From the human T2T-CHM13v2.0 reference genome, Homo sapiens, in the NCBI RefSeq assembly GCF_009914755.1, contig NC_060942.1: a stretch of 64,000 bases of DNA. One strand, 5' to 3'. The notes under the pieces are model-generated. The model had not been told where the DNA came from. It saw only the letters and a program-made list of their open reading frames with translations, and did not search any database. Positions within the stretch are counted from its first letter, which is position 1. The number at the start of each line of letters is the position of its first letter. This document shows, one piece after another, positions 1 to 14,159 of the stretch. The position numbers were made by a program, and so were the translations under genes.

Positions 1-970
1 AATGGACATATGGGTGGATGGATGGGTGGGTGAACGAATGGATGAATGGGTGGATGAATGGATGGATGGATGGATGAATGGATGGATGGATGGATGGATG
101 GATGGATGGATGGATAAGAATGGGTGGATGGATGGGTGGATGGCTAGACAGGTGGGTGGGTGAATGGACAGTTAGATGAGTGGATGGATGGATGGATGAA
201 TGGGTAGATGAATGGATGGGTGGATGAATGAATGGGTAGATGAATAGATGGGTGGATGGATGGATAGATGGATGTATGGATGGATAAGAATGGGTGGATG
301 GATGGATGGATGGATGGCTAGATGGGTGGGTGGGTGAATGGATGGATGAATGGATGGCTAGATAGTGGATGGATGGATGGATGGATGGATGGTTGGATGG
401 ATAGATGGGTGGGTGGATAGGTGGGTGGATGGACAGATGGATGAATGGGTGGGTGGGTAGATTGATGGATGGATGAATGGATGGATGGATGCAGGGCAGG
501 TGGGTGGACCGATGGGTGGGTGGATGGATGGGTAGATGGATGGTTGGATGGATACATGAATGGGTGGATTGGGATGGACGGCTAGATAGGTGGGTAGATG
601 GATGGATGGATGGATGGATGGATATGTGAATGAGTGGATTGATGGATGGATGGCTAGATGGGTGGATGAATGGATGGATAGGTGAGTGAATGGATGGCTA
701 GATGGGTGGGTGGGTGGGTGGGTGGGTGGATGGATGGATGGATGGATGGATGGATAGATGGATGAATGTGTGGATGGATGGATGGATAAATGGGGGGGTG
801 GATGGCTGGCTGGGTAGATAGATGGATGAATGGGTGGGTGGGTGGATGGATGGAAGGATGGATGGATGGATGGATGGATGAATGGATGAATGGTGGGTAG
901 GTGGGTGGATTGCTGGGTGGATGGATGGATGAATAGATATAGATGGGTGGCTGGCTTGCTGGCTGGCTGG
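1..970. repeat. Degenerate (GGAT/GGGT/GAAT)n simple repeat
   Basis: About 1 kb of tggatgga/tgggtgga units. It accounts for the HPSI-rich minus-strand ORFs. Confidence 0.95.
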
Positions 971-1075
971 AGCTGCACCATGAGATGCATCCTCATCTTT
1001 GGTGAGGCAACAGATACCCTTCCAGGAAGCTTCAAACAAGTTCTCCAGATTCAGTGGGAGCCTAGACTCAGTGAA

Positions 1076-1706
<631 letters not shown>

Positions 1707-1851
1707 TTTTAAGGCTTGTCATTGATGTTCTTTTATTCATTTGGTCCTAGATGATTCTAACAACTATGGTTTTTTTGGAGAGGCCTCCAAGCTACTAAGC
1801 CAGAGATTCCAACCCAAGTCAATAATCATGGGGCCAATCCATGTACATTAC

Positions 1852-2520
1852 TTTTTTAACAGCTTTATTCAGATTCGATTTATATATTTTATAATTTACA
1901 CATTTAAAATATACAATTAAATGGTTTTCAGTCTAATTATAGATATGTGTGACCTTTACCACCTTCATCACCTCTAAAAGAAACCCTTTAGCTATCACCC
2001 CCTTGTCTCCCTGCCTCCTTCCTGCCTCAGTTGTAAGCAAACACCATTCTACTTTTTGTCTCTCTAGATGTGTCTATTCTGGACATTTCATATTAATGAA
2101 ATCTTATGTGATCTTCTGTGACTGGCTTCTTTCATTTAGCTTTGTATTTTCAAGGTTCATCCATGTGGTAGCGTGGATCAGTACTTTATTCCTTCTAATG
2201 GCTGAGTAATATTCCATTGCATGCATAGTTCATATTTTGTTATCCAGTCATCAGTTGATGGATGTTTGTGTAGATTTTACCTTTTGGCTATTATTAATAA
2301 TGGTACTAAAAACATTTGTGTGCAAGTTTTTATGTAGACATGTGTTTTCATTTTTCTCAGGTATATACCTGGAGTGGAATTGTTGGGTCATAAGGTTTAT
2401 GTTTAATGGTTCAAGAAATTGCAAACCATTCCATATGGTTTTCCACAGCAGCTGCACCATCTGACATTCCCATGAGCAGTGTTTGAGGACTCCAGTTGCT
2501 CCACATCCTCTCCAACACTT
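1852..2520 (-). mobile_element. Old L1 (L1M-type) 3' fragment
   Basis: Antisense L1 3'UTR/ORF2-end motifs (ctggacatttcata, ggttcatccatgt, cacatcctctccaacacttg). Confidence 0.8.
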
Positions 2521-3999
2521 GACTCGATACTTTGTAAGGTCTTTTTACTTCTAAGCTTCTAGGATTCTGGGTGAAATCCAGTGACAGTTGAGGCTATGGG
2601 AGGCTCCTTTCTGGCCTTATATCCCCTCCTTCTCCATGTCTCAGTGTAGTTTGCAGATGGCTGTGGGGGATTTCTCAGTTAATTATCTGCCAGTTAACCA
2701 CTCAGCCTGCTCCCTGCGGTTGTATCTGGCTACAGACTTCTCCTGCTGTGTGTGTGAAGAGGTTATCTGCTGCTACCATGCTCTAGTGGGTGAAATTAAC
2801 CACAGAAATAATGGGAAGTAGAGACCAAAGACTCTGATGGACTAATTAGAACAGCCATCAGGAGCTGCCCCCTGTGGGCTCTCTGCTGCAAGGCATCTGG
2901 CTGCACCTGGGAGTCCTTCCTCACTGCAGCTGTCCCAGACTAGCCTGTGGGAGGAGCTCTTAGGTCACAGAGGCCCACCATGGGCCTCTCGGAGGGAGCC
3001 CACAGTCCTCCCTTCCGGCTTCTGTTGATTGCCCACTTCATACCAGGTCCTGGAAATACAATGATGGGAAAAACGAAAAGGTCCCTGTTCTCAAGCACGC
3101 ACACTAGAGTGGGTTCCTGATGGAATTAACTGGAACTTAGATTTTTCTGGCTGCCTGTTTTCCCAATTACTTGATCATGTTCCAGAGAGAAGTAACTGGG
3201 GAAACCAACCCTAGGAAACCATACCTGAACCTTCTATGTGGCCTTGGCCAAGAGGTCTTGTCTCTGGCTTGGCAATCTGTTGTGGGAGGCCTCTGTAATC
3301 GGGCTTTATGTTCTACAAGGTAGTGGATATGGCTTGCAAATATGTGTGGCCTGCAGAGCTTGGCTTTCTCATACCCTCTAACCAGAAGAAGCCTTTGCAG
3401 CTCAAAAGGACTGCACCTGTCTCATCCGTCCCTTTCCCCCTTCCTCAGAGCTCCTACCCTATCTCAGCTCAACCTGGGGGCAACGTTCAGTGACTCATTG
3501 GTTCATGCCACAAGGAGTGGGAATCTGAGATATTGCTAGTCCAGGGCAAATGCTCAGGATTGGAGTCAGATGCCTGGGTCATCATCCTGCCCTGTCACTG
3601 GGCCACTGGCATACTGTTCCAGGGTCCCCATATGGGAGGGTAACAGGGGGTGGTGATGCATGCTCTGCCTAACTGCAGCCGCAGGGTTATTAAGAGCTGA
3701 CTGGCAGGAAGGACAATGCTGAGCTGTGCAGACTCCAGGGGCATGAGGCCCAGTGCCACCCTCCAGACCTCCCTAAATGACTTCGGACTCCCTGGAGAGT
3801 ACATAACTTCTGGCACCCTGGACAGGACCCAAAGGCTTGATCTGGAGCAGTTTCCAATGCCCACTCCAGGAGGGACGACAGGGTCTAGCAGCTTATGGGG
3901 GATGTTGGGCAAGGGCTGGCACATTGAGGGAGTGGAGCTCTGGGACCCTCACTCTCTTTGGTCAGAGTATCCATGTCTTGGAGCCATTCTGTCCAGGTT

Positions 4000-4197
4000 T
4001 CAGTTCTGAGCCAGCCTCTTCCTAGCCAGGTGACCTTGAGCAACCCTTCGTGTCCTCAGTTTCCTAATTTGTACAAGGGGGACAAAAATAATGCCTACAT
4101 TATAGGATGATCTTGAGGATTAAATTAATATATGACAAGCATTTAGCACAGGGGCCGGCACATACTAAATTCTCAATAAACACAGGTATTTATTATC
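4000..4197. mobile_element. MIR
   Basis: gtgaccttgagcaa, cctcagtttcct and gaggattaaat core motifs. Confidence 0.75.
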
Positions 4198-5495
4198 TTT
4201 TATATATTTGGGGGGAGTCGTTTATAATTTCATTTGAAAAACAAGTATGATATTAGAGGAAAATAGTTTGGAAACCAACAATCTGTGGGGAATACAATAT
4301 TGATGATTTGCTTTCCTGCTTTAGGAAAGGTCAAAGGGCAGCTGCCTTTGAGCAGGAGTTTCCCTCCCTCGGGTCCTCCAAGCAAAGGCAGAGGCAGCTG
4401 TGCTGTGTTGTCTCTGGGCCTGGAGGCCACTCCAGGAATCAGGGGCCCTGGGCTTTTGCTGCCGATTTCTTTGCCTCCCTGTGGTTCGTAGAGAATTCAG
4501 GGAGAGCTGTAAGAGCGCTGGGCACCGGATCAAGTCTGAGATTCCTGTGGTTGCTGTCCAGCATGCTTCAGGCATTGTGTGGGATACATGAGGGCTCCCT
4601 GGCAGAAGAGGGGCCTGCCCTCTGACACCCAAGCTGTGTCTGCTGGGTCCACTTGTAATGTGCCACCCATCTGTGCCCATCAGCAGCCGTCTGCTAATAC
4701 CAAGGTGGGCAGAGCATTTGTTACCTGCTGCTGACCATTTTCTACTTTCTGGGAATCCATCATGAAACTGTCAAAAAGAGGAACTGAATGTCTATGGTGA
4801 GGTCAGCTCAGGCTCCCAGGGTCCAAGGAAAGGAGCAGACAGGTCCTCAGCCTCCAGGAGCTCATAGTTTAGCTGGGGAAGGAGGCAGCCACTCAGCTCA
4901 CATTAAGGCTGAGCTGGAGGGTGGTGGGGGCATTACAGGAGCAGTGGGACATCCCTGGGCTGTCCTTTCCTCCCTTGAGACACTGAGCAGGAGCACCCTG
5001 TCCCTAGGAGGAGCTTGGGTATGCACAGCCGAGTTTCTGCTGAGTGACACCATCTTCTATAATAGCTGTGGCTATCTTCAGCCAGGTTATGGTTGAGTAC
5101 TGCTGGTCTGGAGCCTTTTTTTCTTTCTGCTTGCAATGACCTTGCATATTTCTGTTTTGGACCTGGACTATCATGTATTATTTCACAGTGTAACTCCCAA
5201 GGGCAATCCTTCGTCCTGATTTATTTCCAAGTTCTGAGGGGGAGCCCTCATTTTTGTAGGCATAGACCACTTCCAGTTAGTTGCTCTTTCGCAGGGGACT
5301 TTCGAACTCGGATGCCTTACAGGGGCCAGGCAGGTAACATGTGTGAGTGAGGGAGCCAGGTGAGAGTGAGGCTGTGAGCAGCGGGGAGGCATTAGAGAGT
5401 GTATGGGTCTGCAGAGAACTGGGGTTGATTGCCTGGTCTGAAGGGGACAGCACTTCTTAGCTCTAGCTGATGGTTACAGCGCAAGAAGGTGGGCC

Positions 5496-5666
5496 AGTGT
5501 TGCTCGATCATCCAGTTTTTTCAAGAAAAGTCAGAAATTGTGGCTTTTTATGTGAAATATTTTGATTTATAAACGTTAGCTCAAATATTTTTAAAATATC
5601 TAACTGGCTAACCAGAACACACCATGGTCCAGACGTGGCCCCAGCACAGGCGGTAGCAATCTCTGC
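5496..5666. mobile_element. hAT DNA-transposon remnant (MER102-like)
   Basis: tttttcaagaaaagtcagaaat...tttttatgtgaaat pattern in an AT-rich island. Confidence 0.5.
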
Positions 5667-6659
5667 TTTGTGACTGTGCTCCTTGCAGGACAAGGCGGTC
5701 ATCGAAAGTGGTGGGGGGGTGGGGGCAGGCAGAAGCCCAAGGGCCCAGTGAGTGGCTGCTATGAGCATTCTGAGGGGTCTCTGTGACCTGGGCCGGTCAG
5801 GGTGGCATCTAAGAGGTGGGCTTGAGCTGTTCTTGAGGATGAGTAGAGAGAAAGGGTTGCTGTTCTCGAACGTGAGCCAGTTCTGCCTTGCAACCATAGC
5901 ACAAGACCACCTGGACAGGCCTGCAAGGCCACAGCCTGCTGAGATCTAGCCTGTGCACAGCCTGTTCTGGGCTGTGGACACTCCCACCAGGCTCTGGAAA
6001 CAGCTCGGTACTCTCTCTGCTCCAGCTGGTCTGTAGTTCAGGGAGCTGTTGCCAAGAGGGAGAAAGCTGACTGGGGACCCTGGAAACCCCAAGACAGATG
6101 CCAGAGAGAACGTTGCCTGAGAAGGAAGGCCTGGAGCGCTGCTGCCACCACACTTGGATGCCCTTTCTAGCCTTACCCCAGGTGCTTGTGGACACATTGC
6201 TGGGTTCAGAGCAGGGCACTATTGGTTTCCCTTCCTAGCATGCTCCAAGTTAATTTTCATTCTTGGCCAATAAACCCAGAAGCTTTTGACAGCTGGTGGT
6301 GGGGCTCACCCATCTACCTTCAGAGTCCACAGAAGAGAGAATGGATCTCTGTGAGTTCCTGCAGGTTGGCAAAACAGGTCAACCCAGGGATTGGAATACA
6401 GGAGAGAGCCAGACTGAGGCCCAAGGAGGACTCAGGGTGTTCAGAGTTGGGAGGCATTAGGGAGTGGTGAGATCTGCAGAGATCTGGGGTTCAGAGATAG
6501 CAGTCGTCATTGATATCCAGAGTAGTCAAGGAGGGCTTCAGGGAGGAGGTGTGCCCAGAGGTGGGCCTTGAGGGAAAAGGGGAGATTTGGAGAGGCAGAG
6601 GTAGGAGAGAATGCAGAAGACAGAGTGAGGTATAGCAGTTGTGAAGTCGAGTGACAATT

Positions 6660-6870
6660 GCAACTGATAATTGAGTGCTTGATGTATGCCTAGCGGTGTT
6701 GAGCACTTTTCTCATTCATTCTTTCACATGATTCTCACAGCACCTCATGAGGTGGCACTTTCACCATCAGCCTACTTTAAACATGAGGAAGCAGGCCCAG
6801 AGTCCGCCCAACAGCACGCAGAGAAAAGGTGATTTAGCCAGCACTGGAACCCAGACTCGGGACCCATAAG
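6660..6870. mobile_element. MIR
   Basis: ctcacagcacctcatgaggtgg and atgaggaagcaggcccagag. Confidence 0.65.
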
Positions 6871-7603
6871 CATGATGTCACCCTATTTTACGAGTGGGGG
6901 CAGTGAGGAAGCCACCTGACTCCAGCCAGGGATATGGCTGTCCAGCTGTCTGGTGGCCCTGCACAGTTTTGGTTTGTTTCAGCTATGACTTCCCTGTCCC
7001 TGGTGCCTCTAGGGTGTATACAGCAGATGCTCAGTATGTCTTAGTTGGGAAGAGTTGTCTCGAGGAGGCTCTTGAATGTCATGGGAAGAGGTTTGGAGTC
7101 CTGGTTCTGGGACTGGGTGACCTTGAGGGTGTGGGGGGCTGGAGCAAGTCAACTCCCAGCATCCATTGGCTTTAACATTCTAGGAGCTGGGAGTGGGGCT
7201 GGAGGAAAGCCCGGGCCCATTGGCAGTGGGCGGAAGAGCTGAGGAGGCCCACTCTGAGGGAAGGACGGTGCTGGAGAGGGCGTGGGCGGGCTGGGGGAGC
7301 CACAGGCCCGTCTACCCATTCTGGGCCTGCAATGGAAGCAGGTGTAGGATGGAGCAGGGCCCTCAAGGATTACGCAGTCTTATCAATACCAGGCAAAAAC
7401 CTATAAAAAAAATTCAAGAGCAGGGCAAGAGTTGGGTAGCAGCCCAGAGGCGGAGGAGAAGGTGTCACCAGGCAGCCTGGGTTTGGTGCCAAGGGAGCAG
7501 GTGGGTGGTCAGTGCTGGAGCCCAGTGGAGGCTTCTATGGGCTTTGGGGGCAGACCTGGAAACAGGGGCACCCAGGGATAAAGCAGGACCTGCACGTCAC
7601 AGA

Positions 7604-7679
7604 GCCCACCTGGATGCCCACCTGGATGCCCACCTGGATGCCCACCTGGATGCCCACCTGGATGCCCACCTGGATGCCC
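7604..7679. repeat. Perfect 12-bp tandem repeat (GCCCACCTGGAT) x6.3
   Basis: Six identical units plus GCCC, read directly. Confidence 0.97.
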
Positions 7680-8798
7680 TCCCGCCTATTGGGCTAGGCC
7701 TACCTGCCCGGGTGGGTTGCTGTTTCAGTGTTCTTCCTCCGAGAGGAAGTGCTCATCAGGAGCCAGGAATCTAATGAGGCACCCCCCGGGGACTGAGGCC
7801 TGTACCTTCCACACTCCTGCGGGCTGCTCTCCCTTCCTCCCTCTCCAGGGCCTCCGATCTCAGCCCCCATTCTGGGTGCCAGCACTGCAGGCCTGCTGAG
7901 CAGGAAAGAATCCATGGCATCTCCCTTGCCTTCCGGCCAGCCATGCCCTGCCCACCTCATGAAAACTGGTCCAGCTCCTCAGTGACTCATGGAGGCTACT
8001 CTTGGGGACAGAGGAGTAAGTGCCAAGCCCCAGCTCTGTTTCCATGAAGTTCTGATGAGACCACAGGGCTTGGTCCAGGGCTTTGCACAGGGTGGGGGCT
8101 CAGGAGGGTATGAGGACAATGGGATGATTTTGGTGTCATCTGTTATTTAGGAGTATCTGTCATGTCACTAACTGCCTGATGTTGATGATTGTAACCCAGA
8201 ACTGCGCTTGGGGTCCACAGAGCTTAGGAGTCACTAAGGGAAGGAAGGTGACTCTCAGCAGGGGTCCCTGGAGAAGGCAGGCTGTTGAGGGATGTAAAGG
8301 CTTGGATCCTGCATTGCAGCCTGGCTCTACCCATAGATACCTGAGTGGCTCCCAGTACGTCATTCCCCCTTCAGCCCCCAAGGTCCCAGTGTCCTCACCT
8401 GCGTGGCAGCAGCTGAAGAGCTGTTGAGGGCAGGCAGCATAGATATCAGGAACTACCTCCAACTTGTTCAGACCTGGCAGATGTGCCTGAGCTCCATGCT
8501 GGGTGTTGCAGGACTGTAAGCAGGTGCTGTCATGTCATGCGCCTGGCCCTGAGAGTCCAGTGTGGAGGTGGTGGCCCCAGTGTCCACTGATCATAATAAC
8601 CTGTGGAGGTCATGCCTGGTTCTGAGCTCCGCCCTGGGCCCTGCGTGGGCCATAAGAGGAGCCGCCCCTTCACCAGATAGCTGACCAGCTGGCCAGAAGT
8701 TTGGCCTGGGGACTCCACCCATTTCTAGCCCTCTGGCCAGAGCAAGAGTATCTGAATAATGGATAAAGAAGACGTGCAAGATTTTCTAGATCTTGTCT

Positions 8799-8956
8799 AT
8801 TTCAAGTGTAGTTCTCTGACTGGCAGCAGCAGCCTCACCTGGGAGCGTGTTAGGAATGCTGAGTCTCAGGCCCCAACTCCCATCCTTGAACCAGAATCTG
8901 CATTGTAACAAGATGCCCTGTGATTGTCGTACTCATTAAAGTTTCGGAAGCAGTGC
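8799..8956. mobile_element. MER5A (hAT-Charlie MITE)
   Basis: cagcagcctcacctgggagc...cagaatctgcattgtaacaagat...taaagtttcggaagcagtg. Confidence 0.8.
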
Positions 8957-11579
8957 TCCCGGCCAATATGTTTTTCATGGGTAGGTGAAACAAAAGTCCC
9001 ACAAATTGATAGTTACAATGTGTGCTACATGCTGATATTTTCAATTTAGTTATACATTTTTTAATGCTGAGATCGTGACCCAGGAAATTTGTTTTGCAGC
9101 TCATGAAATTGCTGAGACCTGCAGTTTGAACACCACCATGCTAGCTAACACCCTGTTGGATGTTTGAGTGACAAAAGGGTTAATTTGGTGGGGTGACAGG
9201 GGATCAGACGTTTAGAGGACGTCAGATGTCCTTGACTCCTGTGACAGAAAATGTTGCCAATTTCCAAGGTCACATGCCTTCGACTTCATGCATTTCTGAA
9301 CTTTCCCATTTCCCAGGGGTTGGGGACCTGGGGCTCCTGCACATGGAGGCCTCTGCTTCCTCCTGCTTTTCTTTGGCAAACACCAACATGGTTGAATTAT
9401 CAGGCCAGAGCTTGAGGGCCGCAGACTGTCGGGGAAGTACATTCTCGCTGGAGTCTTGAAGGGGAGTGTGGGCTGGACTGGGGCTGGAGGGACGCGGTTG
9501 GCAGTGAGCAGGCTCCCATGGCTTCCTCGGGGAGAGCCTGGGCACCCTGGCCTCTCTCCTCCCCACTCCAGCAGGCAGCATGGCCTCTGGACTGGCCCTG
9601 CCCTGGGGGCCACCTGACAGCCTGCAAGGGAGAATTCTAGCCCCAATTGTGCATTCTGGGTGAAGGTGTTGCTCCCACTCTGTGGGGATGGGAAGGAGAG
9701 AGGGGATGGAGGGGACCAGGGCCCGAAAGCCAGCAGCCAGCTCTGCCTATAATAGTCACCAGGAGCTGCTTGCTGGAGAGCAACCTGGGAGCACAGTGCT
9801 TTGCAGCACCAGGTGACATGGGAAGCGGCCACAGGAAGGTGGGGTGAAGACGCCAGTGGCTGTGATGAGTGGATTTAGCAGCAGGAGAGCAGGGACAACA
9901 CTCTGGGCCCCATTGCCCACCACAGCTCCGATGCCACCTCCACTGCAGACTTGCTGTTCTGCTGGGACGAGTGGACAGACCTGTGAGCCCCAAGGCTGCT
10001 GATCTTACGGTCACCAAGCAAGCCCCCTGCAGCCCCACCTGGGCCCCCTGCAGCGGGCCTGGGTTCCACAGGAGGCTGGACCCCTTGCTGCAGCCACAAG
10101 CCAAAAGATGAGCCAGGAAGCAGAAATTGGGGTCTTCCTGGGTTTCCTCAGTGGGGTGTCAGAAGGGTGTGCTGCTGGAGTGAGTTGGGTGCTGGGGGTG
10201 GAGAGGAAAGAGCCTGAAGAAGTGTGGGGTGCAGTGCTGCCTCTGTGCGGGCCTCGAATGATGGATTCCCTGAGAAGTGCTGGTAGGCCCTGGAGCAGAT
10301 GCATTTCATCTGGTTTGCAGGTCACTGAACTCATCCCTGAGGATTGGAGGAGGAGGTAATGCCCCTAATGCCTCGCAGTTCTTAAAAGGATTGGCTAAAT
10401 TGATAGCTCCTCATGCCGTTTGTCACTGGGTGGGCAGGAAAGGATACTGAGAAGGCTGGGATGGCTCCACTGATTGTCTCTAGCCTGTGGGTGCTCTCCA
10501 ATGTCAGCCTTACCTTTTCCTCCAGACCTCCTGCCTCTGAAGGTCAGACTCAAAGTCAGACTTGGCCAGGGGTTAGAGGGAGAGACTGGCAACCGACCAT
10601 CTCAGGCTGCCCCACGGTGTTCACAGAAACCCCTTCCAGAACACTAGTTTCCTAAGGAAGCTACAGAGTGCTGGGCTGAGAGCAGCAAGGGATGGGGAGG
10701 AAGGGGAGGAAGGCGAAGGGGAGTTTGTTTGCGTCTAGGGTGGGGAGGGGACGCTAGTGTGGAGAGAGGCACCTTTTTGTCAAAGAACATGGGTGATTTT
10801 CATTTTTGTCCTTAAAAATAGCCAGGCTAACTGGGCCGTTGTGACAAGCACGGACTGTGATTGGCTGCAGCAGGAGGTGGGGAGTCCCTGGGCTGGCGGC
10901 CGAGTCTGGATGAGGTTGTTTAACAGAGATGCAGACCCAGGAAGAGAGCCTGCATGCATCCCTTTCCCCAGACAGACACAGATGTGGCCAAGCTTGGCGG
11001 CCCTGGGTCCTCTCTGGGAAGCACAGGCGAAGGAGCTCTGGGGCAGGTCCTGCTGCAGCCCGGGCCCTCTGTGTCCTCCAGAAAGCCGTGCCCACACCGG
11101 CCCTCCCCTCCAGCTGTAGACTCAGGGCTGCCCGCCCCTGTGGTGCCCTTTACAGCAAAGTGCAACCTCAGCATTTTTCCTACTCCTGCTGCTTGCCTTT
11201 TAGTTCCTCCTCATCCATCACCTGGCAGGGAATCGGAGCAGAGCCGGGAGAGGAGGGGAGAGGCGTGTCTTTTGTGTTCTTCTACCTTCCCTCTTTTCCT
11301 TTTCCTTCTGCCTCTGGTTCCATCCTTTCTTGACTTTCACTGATCATTAAAACATAAATTCCTGGCTGGCTCTCTCAGCTTAGCCAGCAGCCCAGCTGTT
11401 TGGGGACTTCCCATCAGGATCCTACTGGGAATGAGACACTGAGCCAGGCTGAAACCCCCAAAGCTCAGGCAGGAAGGCAGCAAAACAAGCCTGGAGGAGA
11501 CCATCCCTTGCCCTGTGTCTCCACCAGCCAGAGAAAGCTCTACCCTTTTCCTCCACACTCGTCTTGCCTTAAAAATGTG

Positions 11580-12478
11580 TTGGAACTTTTCTAGGTGGAT
11601 ACCCCAAAGAATAAACAGGGACTCAGAGGGATCGTTGTACACTCATATTCAAAGCAGCATTATTCACAACAGCAAAAGGTGCAAACAACCCAAATGCCCA
11701 TCAGTGGATGAATGGATAAATAAAATATGGTCTAGATATGCAGTGTACTATTGTGATACGATGTCTTATTCAGCCATAAAGGGGCATGAAATTCTGATAC
11801 ATGTTACAATGTAGATAAACCTTGAAAGCATTATGCTAAGTGAAATAAATCGGTTGTAAAAGGACAAATATTGCATGATTCCTCTTATAGGAGGTACCTG
11901 GAATAGGCAAATTCATAGAGAGAAGGGTGAGGAAGAGTTCATTGTTTAGTGGGCACAGAGTTTCTGTTTGGGTTGATAAAAAAGTTCTGGAAATAGATAG
12001 TGATGATGGCTCAAAACACTATGAATGTACTTAAAGCCACTGAATTATGTGTTCAAAAATGGTTAAGATTATAAGGTTTTGATTTGTTTGTTTTGTTTGG
12101 TTTGGTTGGTTGGTTGTTTTTTTTGTTGTTGTTGTTTTGTTTTGTTTTGTTTTTGCTTTCAGACAGAAACTCACTCTGTCACCCAGACTGGAGTGCAGCA
12201 ACACGATCATAGCTCACTGTAACCTCAAACTCCTGGGCTCAAGCAATCCTCCTGCCTCAGCCTCCTGAGTAGCTGAGCATGTGCGACCATGCTCAGCTAA
12301 TTTTTAAAAAAATTTTTGGAAAGACGAGGTCTTGCTATGTTGCCTAGGCTGGTATCAAATTCCTGGCTTCAAGTGATCCTCCTGCCTCAGCCTCCCAAAG
12401 GGCTGGGATTACAGGCATGAGCCACTGCACCCAGCTGAATGCTGTTTTATGTTGTGTATATTTGACCATAATAAAAAA
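11580..12478 (+). mobile_element. L1MB/L1MA-type 3' end, interrupted by an Alu
   Basis: aacaacccaaatgcccatcagtggatgaatggataaat...aaaatggttaagat. Resumes after the Alu as ttttatgttgtgtatatttgaccataataaaaaa. Confidence 0.82.
12077..12436 (-). mobile_element. AluJ-like with (GTTT)n-degenerate tail
   Basis: AluJ diagnostics gatcatagctcactgtaacctcaaactcctgggctcaagcaatcctcc. Confidence 0.9.
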
Positions 12479-13739
12479 TTGGGGGCCTAAGTGCCGGGCT
12501 GTACTTCCAGGCTGAGAGCTGTGGAGGTGGACGGGCAGAGGAGGGCCATGCTCTCTCCCTCTCTCTGCTCCTTCTTCTCTTGTGACTGAGATGAAGCTTG
12601 GGGCTTTTCTGCTTTGCATGTTCCCCGCTTTTCTGAAGCTGGGGCCTCCCCACTCCCTCTCTGGGCCCCGCTGCGGAACAGGGAAGTGATGTATTCTCCT
12701 GTTCCCCCTGGAAAACGAGAGTTCCTGGAGGAGCTGAAATCCCTGGGAGAGAGTGAAAAGGAGGGGAGGACCGACAAGTGAGGGGGGCTAGGGATCTGGC
12801 GGCCACTGTGGGCCACGGGGCTCACCCCACTCGGAGTTGCTGAGGGACCACGTGGAGCATGCCTGGAATTGTCTGAGACACTGAAAAGGGGAGTATTTGT
12901 CCCATTGAGGGCAGCCGCATGGGGCGCTAGCTCCTCATACTCCGGGTTGCAGGTGCCAGGGGCCGGGGGCTTCCTGCAGGCATCTCCTGACTGCAGAGGA
13001 AGCCTGGACAGGAGACCCCGGGGCAGCTGAGGTGAGGCGCCGCTGGGCTACCCCATGTGAATCTGGCTGGGCAGCAAACACTAGAGTAGAAGGAATGGCC
13101 GAGAGGACGTGAGGACACAAGAGGCACCCGCAGAGCGAGTCCTCTTCCTTCCTCGGGGCACCAAAAGGCTGCAGGTTTGGGATGGGTCTCAATTCTGTCC
13201 CCTTTCTCAGCAACTATTATGGGTTTGGGGTGATGACCATGCCCAGGCTCCCTCATGGGACCCTGACACAGCCCTGAGACACTCGGGCATGTTTGGGAGA
13301 GCCCCGCAGAGCCGGCCAGAGGCTGCTGCTGCAGGCAGAGCCTGGCACTCAATCCTCCTGGAAACGGCTCCGTGTAGAGTTCCTGCAAAACCCGGTTCTC
13401 CGACTGCACCTGTTAGGTGTGCCAGGGAGCCCTTGATAAGATCTGACGTCTTCCAGGAATAATGGGCGTGGCCTTGTGTATTGACTTCTCCTGCAGGTGG
13501 CTCCTTTTCAGCCCTCTCTGGACATCGGCGGTTTTATTCCCATCCAGCGGAGGCCAGCTTCCCGGGGCCAGGCACGGAGCCTGCTTGGGGCCAGCTCTCC
13601 GGAACCTGTGCCCAGCTGGGGAATAAGCACATGCTCAGCACTTGAAGAATTCACTGCTCACTGGCGAGTCAGTATGGAATTGGGGAACTTGGAGGTGGCC
13701 TGAGGGACTGAGCAGGCCACCAGGAGTGGGGATGGAGAG

Positions 13740-13960
13740 AAGGCAGTTGGGGTATAGGCATAGTCGTGCAGACCTGGAACTCTCCTGTGTGAACTTGGGC
13801 AAGTTACTTAATCTCTCTGAACCTCCGTTTTCTCTTCTAAGTAGCATAATTATGCCGATTCCATAGGGTTGCTGCGAAGGTGAAGTGAGTGGAGGCAGAT
13901 CAAGTGCTGACGTGTCTGGGACATGACAAAGGCACAGCAGACACTCGTCATTCCTACTAT
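13740..13960. mobile_element. MIR
   Basis: tgtgtgaacttgggcaagttacttaatctctctgaacctccgtttt. Confidence 0.75.
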
Positions 13961-14159
13961 TAGCAGAAATTGCAGCATTCATACCCATAGCCAACCCTGG
14001 GTGAATCTTTTGCTTAGTAGCCTGCCATGAAACCAAGGCAATGCTCTGGCCTTCTGTGCATATAAGGACCTCTAGATTTGGCAGGTGGAGGGAAGGAGAA
14101 AATGCTTCCAGGTGACAGGTTCAGTGTGAGCAAAAGCACAGAGGCAGGAAAGAGCGTCC

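Noticed and set aside
318-1039. Long His/Pro/Ser-rich minus-strand ORFs (up to 225 aa)
   Set aside because: Translation of the (ATCC)n simple repeat; no gene structure.
7193-7774. 193-aa ORF with HLDA repeats
   Set aside because: Non-ATG start in GC-rich intron. The repeat is a DNA-level 12-mer that is open in several frames.
12650-13620. GC-rich stretch with raised CpG, possible alternative promoter
   Set aside because: CpG density looks too low for an island and no first exon could be defined from sequence alone.
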